DNA from: Giardia intestinalis
Lineage: Eukaryota
Assembly: GCA_000002435.2 (NCBI GenBank)
Contig: CM018789.1
Reading direction: 5' to 3' (one strand)
Length of the DNA stretch: 64,000 nt
The notes beneath the pieces were generated by a model. That model was not told the origin of the DNA and made no database searches. It worked only from the letters and a program-made list of their open reading frames with translations. The translations under genes were made by a program, and so were the position numbers. The stretch's first letter is position 1, and each line of letters begins with the position of its first letter. Shown here one piece after another: positions 37,787 to 45,600 of the stretch.

Positions 37787-39826
37787 CTACAAGGGTGTGT
37801 GAGAGTCTCCATTAAGGAACTCTTCTTGTGATATAGATGCAATAGATGAGTAAGAATAGTCATAGGAGTACGAGCTATCCTGTGACTGGTGTCCGGATTC
37901 CTCTCCTTTGTCTTTGGTTGCCTTAACTAAGTTAGCCAGGTATCTGGAGTTATCATCAAGCACCTTATCAAGCCCAGAGTTAGCTATTGGCTCACTAAGA
38001 TTCACATCATCCTGGCTGCTGAATGGGTTAAGGTCTTTACTACCTATGTACATTTCTCCCACAAGATTGGACGAATTATGCCCATGATCCTGATTGGTGG
38101 TGGCAGCACTCATAGTGCGGGGCTGAACAAAAGTGTTATTAGCAAATATATCCTCAGGAAACAAATTTATGATAGCTTCCTGCTGTGTTGCCAGTGCCAG
38201 ATCTCGTGCAGAGGTGTTTCCATGTATTACAACGTTCCACTCTGCGTCTCTCAGTACCCTGATCAGCTCTATATCCTTATTTGCTATGGCATACGCAAGT
38301 GCAGTCTTCCCCTGCGAATCAACCATTCTAGCCTCCTCTCTTACAAGCAGCCGCACGCACTTGAGAGAGCCGCCGAGAACAGCGTACATCAGGGCCGTCC
38401 TCCCTTGCACGTCCTGCTTGCGCTTTTGCTGAGAAATAAACTGTTCCACCACATAGCTGAAACCAGATTCAGCGGCCCCCATCAGAATAGTTTTCCCCTC
38501 TGCATTGTCTCCACACTGGAAGCTCATCAATAAATCTGTGACTGATCGCTGCATTTCATAGAGGCGGTCCTCATAACGTTGCGATTGTGAGCTGATAAGG
38601 TCGGTTAGTTGCATATTCTCTTTCTGGAGTATCTCTAGTTCCTTGCTCTTCTCTAGCACGCTCCGATTTAGTTCTGTGAATCTGGACGCGAGTACATCCT
38701 GTGATAGCCGTTGCTGTCCCTTCATCTTCCACGCTATGGGTGTACCGCGTAGTGGCCGCTGTATGGTCGACAAATGGGTGGGTGTTACGGCGTCGCTGTT
38801 GCTATGTGCATTCATGTAACTTGCAGATAAATTGGTGAATAGCTCTGACGATCTCTGTGCAAGCATAGTTTTCAAGTGTGCCTCAGATTGCTTCAGTAAT
38901 TGGAGCTCTCGAGTTCTCAGTTCAAGGAGCCTCTGCATTTGTTCCGGACTATAGCCCTTTGCAGTAGTGTCATAGTCTTGCAGATTAGCAGTGAGCTTGG
39001 GATGGTTAAGGAGGGTCGATACCGAGCTTCTAGCAGATGGATCTGGCTTCAGCATAGCACAGATGAATGCTGACAACTCATCCGAATAGTAGATTGGTAG
39101 GCTCTGTATGCATGCATTCATGATGGCATCCTTTATCTGCTGCCTGTCGTAGCCAGAGAAGGGCCGTTGCTTAGCACACAACTCATAAAGAACGATCCCC
39201 AGCTCCCACACATCACTCTTCTCGCTGTATGCATTATGAAACACGACCTCAGGAGCCATGTATAGGCTTAGCGTACCCTGTGACGCAACAACGTTTCCGC
39301 GAAAATGACAAACCCCGAACAGTGCCAGTTTATACTCACGCTCTCCGACTACTATAATGGAGGACGGGCGAATGTTGCGGTGCAAGATGCCGGAAGGAGA
39401 GCCGGGGTCTGGCTTGCAGAGGAGGTGACAGTAAGAAAGACCAAGGAGTATATGGGCAGCAATACACCATATAGTTTCTTCTGGAATGAAACTATTATTG
39501 TTTCGAGAGAACCGTACAAGATCTCCGGCGGTGGTGAAGCTGCCAGTCTCTGAAATTATATAGTAAGTCTCACGGTCTTTATCGTCAAGGAAGTCCACAA
39601 CGGAAGCTACGTGAGGATGCACGAGGTCCATGATATTGCTAACGTCAGCTTCAATGGCTCTGCGCTCACGTGGAGAGAACCGAGTATATAAAATCTCCTG
39701 ACACAAGAACTCCGTGCGCGTGTCAGCGTGTGCCACTACTGAAACAGTTCCACGATGGTCACGCCACAAAACACGCACAGTGGCATAGGAGTGTGCAAGT
39801 GGCTCGTTCTTGGGCGAATGCCGCAT
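37787..39826 (-). CDS. NEK-like pseudokinase + ankyrin-repeat protein
   Basis: ATG at 39826 with an AT-rich initiator. Kinase fold: SLYMAPEVV, KSDVWELGIVLYEL. The catalytic loop is HRNIRPSS (Asp->Asn, Lys->Arg) and the DFG is replaced by LFG, so it is predicted inactive. Coiled-coil middle. C-terminal GKTILMGAAESG, GRTALMYAVLGG, GKTALAYAIANK ankyrin repeats. Confidence 0.7.
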   Translation of the reverse strand: MRHSPKNEPLAHSYATVRVLWRDHRGTVSVVAHADTRTEFLCQEILYTRFSPRERRAIEADVSNIMDLVHPHVASVVDFLDDKDRETYYIISETGSFTTAGDLVRFSRNNNSFIPEETIWCIAAHILLGLSYCHLLCKPDPGSPSGILHRNIRPSSIIVVGEREYKLALFGVCHFRGNVVASQGTLSLYMAPEVVFHNAYSEKSDVWELGIVLYELCAKQRPFSGYDRQQIKDAIMNACIQSLPIYYSDELSAFICAMLKPDPSARSSVSTLLNHPKLTANLQDYDTTAKGYSPEQMQRLLELRTRELQLLKQSEAHLKTMLAQRSSELFTNLSASYMNAHSNSDAVTPTHLSTIQRPLRGTPIAWKMKGQQRLSQDVLASRFTELNRSVLEKSKELEILQKENMQLTDLISSQSQRYEDRLYEMQRSVTDLLMSFQCGDNAEGKTILMGAAESGFSYVVEQFISQQKRKQDVQGRTALMYAVLGGSLKCVRLLVREEARMVDSQGKTALAYAIANKDIELIRVLRDAEWNVVIHGNTSARDLALATQQEAIINLFPEDIFANNTFVQPRTMSAATTNQDHGHNSSNLVGEMYIGSKDLNPFSSQDDVNLSEPIANSGLDKVLDDNSRYLANLVKATKDKGEESGHQSQDSSYSYDYSYSSIASISQEEFLNGDSHTPL

Positions 39827-40005
39827 GTTGAGTAAAGCAAAAAACGAGACCTCTAAGTTACTTAAATTTTCACTGGAACTTCACCAGAACATCACTGGAA
39901 CAATGGTTTAATTCTCCCCCGCCAGCGGAGAGGGTTGCTAGTTAGTTAGTCTGCAGATAAAGGACCTCAACAACTGCCAGGCATCGGAGCATAAAAAGAA
40001 AAAGC

Positions 40006-40455
40006 ATGCGCGGTGAGGTTCGGGCTGCAGGTGTGATCCCTTATACAGTTAGCAACGGGGTCACTTACTTCCTTATGGTTAAAACAAACAGTAAAGGGTT
40101 TGGGGATTTTGGCGGAAAGATAGAGCATAATGAACTTCCTCACGAGATTGCTGCGCGAGAAGCCGAAGAGGAGTCCAATGGAATTTTTCGTATGAGTGAT
40201 GTTCTGGCCAAGATTGGGACAAACTATATCTATATTCCAGCGGCTAAGTATGCCCTTTTCTTCTACCCTCTTTCCGAACTACCGGACCCACTGTCGTTTG
40301 GAACACGAGAGCTACATACGGGCTACCCTCTAGAGGTTGTTTGCTGTAATAGTGCAAACGGTTTTAATTTACAGCTGCACCCTCGGTTGGTCACTGCACG
40401 AAAATTAATACTGCAAGAGCTCAGGAAACGGGCTAGATGTGAGAGGATGTGGTAA
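40006..40455 (+). CDS. Nudix hydrolase family protein
   Basis: The Nudix box GGKIEHNELPHEIAAREAEEESNGI fits GX5EX7REUXEEXGU with one extra residue. ATG at 40006 with gcataaaaagaaaaagcATG. Confidence 0.6.
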   Translation: MRGEVRAAGVIPYTVSNGVTYFLMVKTNSKGFGDFGGKIEHNELPHEIAAREAEEESNGIFRMSDVLAKIGTNYIYIPAAKYALFFYPLSELPDPLSFGTRELHTGYPLEVVCCNSANGFNLQLHPRLVTARKLILQELRKRARCERMW

Positions 40456-40485
40456 AGAAAAACAGAGCCAAACATGGAGATTGTT

Positions 40486-41082
40486 TCACTGCTTTGCGGT
40501 GGAAGCGCGCTTCCTCTGCTTTACCATGTGCAGAAATAGGATCGGAAACCCTGGGACGTAGAGAAGCAAAACGATGGAGTATCCCAACCAGAAAACATCG
40601 TATGGTTGGTAGACCATCCGAGCAAGGTAGATGATAGGAACCTCCCCAGCAAGAACACCCACAGGATACAGTAAATGAAACGCGTTATAGCGCAACCACT
40701 TCAGCCACTTGGGTGGCTTGTTCTTCTTGAGGTAGTAGGAGTAGCGGATGATCTCTGCAAAGGCCCAGGATGAGTACATTAGTATAAAACATGAGTGTGC
40801 CCAGGAATATGACCTCGCAGCAATTGTGGTCCGAGAATCATGCACTGCGAACCATACGACAACAAGGCGGGAGAGGATCTGGAGAGTCGTCGTTAAAAGT
40901 CCTCCCCGGGTAAGCCCCAAAGCCACGTGCACAATGTCCAAAACCATCATGCTCTGAGCCATGCAGATGTAAAGGTCTAGGCTATCTGGCTTTGGTAGTG
41001 CCCACGCGCCTAGAAGTAGAAGACCCAGTGACCACAACGCTAGCTGGATAGCATTGTAAATGGAGAGGTACACTAGTGTCAT
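40486..41082 (-). CDS. HACD: very-long-chain 3-hydroxyacyl-CoA dehydratase (PTPLA/HACD/Phs1 family)
   Basis: LSIYNAIQLALWSL, TTLQILSRLVVVW, WAFAEIIRYSYY and WLRYNAFHLLYPVGVLAGE match the PTPLA domain signature blocks, including the conserved Tyr and Glu. Four predicted TM segments. Confidence 0.8.
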   Translation of the reverse strand: MTLVYLSIYNAIQLALWSLGLLLLGAWALPKPDSLDLYICMAQSMMVLDIVHVALGLTRGGLLTTTLQILSRLVVVWFAVHDSRTTIAARSYSWAHSCFILMYSSWAFAEIIRYSYYLKKNKPPKWLKWLRYNAFHLLYPVGVLAGEVPIIYLARMVYQPYDVFWLGYSIVLLLYVPGFPILFLHMVKQRKRASTAKQ

Positions 41083-41116
41083 CGCTGTCTTCTTAAAAAC
41101 CGATTATCTACAGTGG
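41083..41116. promoter_or_regulatory. 34-bp divergent intergenic region (bidirectional promoter) between HACD and ITPA genes
   Basis: cgctgtcttcttaaaaaccgattatctacagtgg lies between ATG(-) 41082 and ATG(+) 41117. Confidence 0.4.
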
Positions 41117-41701
41117 ATGGCGCCTCTTCCTCTCTGCTTTGTCACGAGCAGCAAGAAAAAACTAGCTGAATTCTTGCATGCAGTAGGAGACAACACCATT
41201 GCCCACGTGAGCATGGATCTCCCGGAGCTGCAGGGAGACCCCGAAACTGTCGCCCGTGAAAAGGCACGCGCTGCCTCGCGGATCTATGGAGGTCCCGTGC
41301 TTGTTGAAGACGTCAGTCTCTGCTTCAACGCTTACAAAGGCCTGCCAGGTGTATATGTGAAATCCTTTTTAACAGCTGTGGGGCCATCTGGTCTCTGTAA
41401 TATGCTCTTGCCCTACGAGGACAAGAGTGCCTATGCGCTTTGCATTTATGCATTCTGCGACGTGACTGTAGACGATAAACCGGCACTATTTACGGGACGT
41501 GCAGACGGAAGAATTGTCCCTCCCAGAGGGCCGCAAACCTTTGGCTGGGATTGCATATTTGAGCCACTGGAGGGCGGCGGTAAGACGTACGCTGAAATGG
41601 AAATGGTAGAAAAGAGCGCAATTTCGCACAGAGGCAAGGCTCTAGAGAAGGTTAAAGCGTTTTTGACTAACTCGGGGGTCAAAGTACCTTGTGTAAAATA
41701 G
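41117..41701 (+). CDS. ITPA: inosine triphosphate pyrophosphatase (ITPA / Ham1)
   Basis: MAPLPLCFVTSSKKKLAEF, DLPELQGDPE, GPVLVEDVSLCFNAYKGLPGVYVKSF, EDKSAYALCIYAF, GRIVPPRGPQTFGWDCIFEP, KTYAEM..EKSAISHRGKAL. These are colinear with the human ITPA blocks KIVFVTGNAKKLEEV / DLPEYQGEPD / [26 protein letters not shown] / EDKSAYALCTFAL / [20 protein letters not shown] / QTYAEM..EKNAVSHRFRAL. The upstream ATG at 41060 would overlap the HACD start and adds a non-conserved leader. Confidence 0.8.
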   Translation: MAPLPLCFVTSSKKKLAEFLHAVGDNTIAHVSMDLPELQGDPETVAREKARAASRIYGGPVLVEDVSLCFNAYKGLPGVYVKSFLTAVGPSGLCNMLLPYEDKSAYALCIYAFCDVTVDDKPALFTGRADGRIVPPRGPQTFGWDCIFEPLEGGGKTYAEMEMVEKSAISHRGKALEKVKAFLTNSGVKVPCVK

Positions 41702-41901
41702 ACACACAAGCAAGGGAGAAGAGCTAATATAATAAAAAGATGCTATACAAAGTGTCTGACACCGGATGCACCCCTTCAAACTACGCCGTTCACAGAGAGG
41801 GAGTTAGAGTCGTGCACCCAAGCAGCAGACATCTAGTAAAAAATTATAAAAAATGTTTGTCATAATTTCACATTAGTGTGGCAAAACCCAAAAGAGAAAT
41901 T

Positions 41902-42621
41902 ATGAGTGCCGGGAACATTTATGCGCTCTACGCCTATCGCCAACGCGATTACCGCCTTTTGGGGTCTGCAATCTACGTAGATGCAAAACGCCAGGAGGTT
42001 TCTCTGTCAGTGTCCAAGCTTGTCGACTCCTTCAGAGAGAAAAATACAGCATTAACTGTGGCAAACTCCCGACTTTGTATTAAAACGAAGGACGGCTTTT
42101 CTCTCCACCTTCTTTATCGCGAATTCGCGGTCGTCGGGGTCCCGCTGGGAATAGTCTTCATCGCAGCTGCAAGAGAAACACACAGAACGACACTCGTCAA
42201 CAGCTTTCTCAACGACATCACTTCCGACCTAGATGGCAACATGACAGCAATAAAACTGGCAGATTCACGTGATGAGCCGGACACACTTTCCCGCGCACTT
42301 TTGTCAGCCAGCCAACTTCCTTTAAAGAAGTACGACCAGGTAGCAGGAGATATGCTTGGTCAAATTCAGAGTGACATGGCTTCTATTCGCGACAATGCGG
42401 CACGGAACATAGACAAGCTCAGGGTCAACACGGACACGCTCAACACCATAGAGCAGAACGCAGGACAGCTTGCCACCAGTGCAGACGCCTTTAAGTCGGA
42501 AGCAAAACGCGTGGAGAAGGCAGCAAAGTGCCGCAAGATTAAGATGTACGCGATCATAGCCGCGATTATACTGGTCATTCTCCTCATAATCATCGTTCCC
42601 ATCGCGATCAAGTTTTCTTAA
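41902..42621 (+). CDS. longin-domain SNARE (VAMP/synaptobrevin-like, C-terminal TM anchor)
   Basis: The ORF-track start is GTG 41878; the ATG is at 41902. C-terminal SNARE heptads plus membrane anchor RVNTDTLNTIEQNAGQLATSADAFKSEAKRVEKAAKCRKIKMYAIIAAIILVILLIIIVPIAIKFS parallel VAMP2 [69 protein letters not shown]. The N-terminal ~120 aa are longin-like. Confidence 0.65.
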   Translation: MSAGNIYALYAYRQRDYRLLGSAIYVDAKRQEVSLSVSKLVDSFREKNTALTVANSRLCIKTKDGFSLHLLYREFAVVGVPLGIVFIAAARETHRTTLVNSFLNDITSDLDGNMTAIKLADSRDEPDTLSRALLSASQLPLKKYDQVAGDMLGQIQSDMASIRDNAARNIDKLRVNTDTLNTIEQNAGQLATSADAFKSEAKRVEKAAKCRKIKMYAIIAAIILVILLIIIVPIAIKFS

Positions 42622-45600
42622 TGGTTCGACGGGTTAAGGCCCCCTGAAAGAAGATTCTGTTGTACAGAGATATTAAGTGAACTGTATGAATGTTGGCCGA
42701 TACTGTTCTTTACTGACTCTGGGAGAACTGGAGAGATGTTGGGGAGCTGATGAAGTTGATGTGCTTCTGAAGGGATGACGGCACATGATGACGGCAGATA
42801 GGGCCCTGGTTGCACCATGGGCAACACGGGACCTTGTACAACGGGCGGAGGATAAGGCAATGGGAGCCCACCCTGACCTGCTTGAGGCGGCAGGCGTGGG
42901 CTCAGTCCCGGCGGGACAGCTGGAGTCACAGGGAGCTCGGAAGGAGTAGGAGGAAATATACCGGGTGGTGGCCTGCTGGAGGCCTGCGACGTCTTGAGAG
43001 GAGGGAAGGACGGAAGAGCTGGTGCGACCGGAGGCGGAATGGCACCGGGAGCCGCAGGCATGGTCGTAGGCGGACGCACATGGCCTTGATGTACTGGTTT
43101 TGGTGCTGAAAGAATCTTCTGGACCCGCTTGGCCTTCTCGTCCCGCCAAAACGATAGTACAGTCTGCGTTTCAATACTAACCTTCAGGACACTCTTGGTG
43201 TAAGTGCTTCTTGCCGGGAAACCTGAGGAAGGATGGTACATATATTGATGGGATAGATTAGAGTGTTGCTCATGGTTTGATGATCCAAGAGAGTTAGACG
43301 CCGCTGCTCGATAGTCTTGATTGAAATGGCTCTGCAGAAATATCGAGCGATAGCTTCGAATCGCTTTATCTAGACTATCCTTATCAATGATTTCGTTTGC
43401 CTTCTGGAGCAGCGTAGCTGGAATATTGAGACTATCGACAGACATGATATTGGGCTCAAACTTAGCCTTTGGTAGACGAAGGTTGCTAATTGTGCTTATC
43501 TCCCGAGTGCCGTAGGTCAGCTTTATGTCTGTGTGGGCTGTTATCTCCGTCGAGACATTCTCATCTCTGGCCTGACGATCTCCCAGGGTGTTGAGAAATA
43601 GGTGGTAGGGTGTACAGTGAGCCCACTCCACAGAATAGTCTATCTTAGTATTATCGAATGAGTTCATCATAGGAACAGTAGAGTATGCACTCTGGCTGCA
43701 CAGAGCGCTGATGACCAAGATGGCCATGATCTCGCATGCCCCGGGTCTGCAATCAAAGACAGAAAAGATAGTACGGGTTATTATGTATCCGCTAGCTATG
43801 AACGACTCCTTGGCAAAGAGATATGTCTCTATGTCTATCTCTGAAAGAGCCAGAAAGATTACCTCTCCTCGTGTCAGATAACGCGAACAAAATTCATTAT
43901 GACTCATCAAATCTGTTGCGGTGCCGACTGAAGAATGCAGGTAGCGCATCTGATGTGGCTTAACCATCCGCGGGCGCATGTTGATAGGGAGAATAGCAGA
44001 TGGCCTGTTTTGGCTGTCAGCCTGAATGTAGCTTTTCCGAGGCATGACAGGCCCGAAGAGGTATTCTTTTGGTTCAATAATATAATAAGTAGAGGGGTCA
44101 AGACCCTGTAGCTTGAGCTTCTCAGAGATCGTCCGGGATTTGGCAGACGATTCGCTGCATCCGCGAGGGGCGTCGCCCGGGTTATCATATCGAAGAAGAA
44201 AGTGATCGTGCGCCATGAAGGCATCGAACTGCGATGTTATAAGAGCTATATTGGAGTGATTGAATGCGTCGATGATATTTCGCCCTGCCTGGCCTGGAGT
44301 TGTGCGCTTGCTCTGACGAACGTTAGTCTGGTCCCGATAGAAGGGGTCGTTCGCCAGAAGATACCGATTCTGCTCTACAAGGATGTTCAGCTTCTGCTGC
44401 GTAAGGGTCAGAAGCGTGTCACAGATCTTAAAGAACATGTCCCGGCTGTAATCTCGTAACGTATACAGGACGATCTTTCTATCTGTTGTGCACAAACGTA
44501 TCCGTAGATCTTTGTACTCAGCTTTCGAAAGCTTTGCAATCTGATACTCAGACGCCATGATAGTGACAGGATTGATATTAGCGCACTTGCTAGCTATCTT
44601 CTTGAGCTTCTGAGTAGCCTTGTAGTATGGAGCATCTGTGTCTGCAACACTCGGCAAATATCGAAGAGAAAGCCAAAGGTGGGTTGTACACATTTCGTAT
44701 GGAACAAGATGCTCCTGCAGCGAAAACTGTTTGAACGAGCCGTAAAACATGTACAAATTCTTATCTCGATAATGCATTTCCTGCTCCGTGCATGCTATTA
44801 AGTAAGATGCCTGGCGATACGCCTCGAAAATCTTCTTCCGGTGAGGCTGGGGAGCAGAGGAGATGAAGAGTCCATAAGCGGCAGAGGGGAGCCAAATAGA
44901 AGATCTAATTGCGTCTGGATCCAGCCCCTCCTTATCGGTGTAGGAGTGCGTTGATTTCAAGAAGTGTATTAGACCATTGGCCATGCGGTCTGCTTCCCCC
45001 ACATCTCCTTGCATAGCCTTATCTGCATATCTGAAGTCAGGGTGAACCAAGTACTCCGGATAGCCTATACACACCTCGAAGGAGATTTCAGAACGCCGAT
45101 CTGTGAGGAGTTTCAGCAAGGACGCAACAAACGGAGACTTCAGACCATAAGCCATAATTGTATGAGGAAGAATAGATGCCAGAAGAGAGCACAAGAGAGA
45201 CGACATAGGTGCGACCTGCAGACAAAACGAAATATTAGAGAATACATGCACATTGTTGAAGCCCACCCTGTCCGACCTTAGGGTCGTGTATGTGACGTGT
45301 CCCAGTGCTCGTGCATTGAAAAACGTATCCCAGGACGTTGACTGATGCATTAGGCTGCGGTACTTCTGTATGGTGTAGTCTACAATAGCACCTGTTGCGC
45401 AGACTGTTTCCTTTAGCTCTATGTCAGCAGACGTTACATCGGACCCCGTGTCCAGGAATGATGAAGTAAAGGAGCGCAAGAAGGGCCGAAGCTGGGTAGA
45501 GTCTTTGAAGATATTAATTAGCATTTGGAGCATTGTTGCCTGGGCTCCTCCTATTTGGGCATATATAGAGTTCTCATACTGTGTTTGTTGTTCGGTCGAG

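Noticed and set aside
41060-41116. Upstream ATG (41060) as the ITPA start
   Set aside because: It would overlap the divergent HACD start codon and add a 19-aa leader (MERYTSVIAVFLKTDYLQW) absent from ITPA homologues. The ATG at 41117 gives the conserved MA...VTxxxxK N-terminus. It is kept only as an alternative.
42673-43174. Overlapping ORFs (42673..43149-, 42810..43109+, 42926..43174-) rich in R/P/S
   Set aside because: They lie within or antisense to the proline-rich C-terminal region of the 1954-aa gene. The repetitive CCN/GGN composition keeps alternative frames open.
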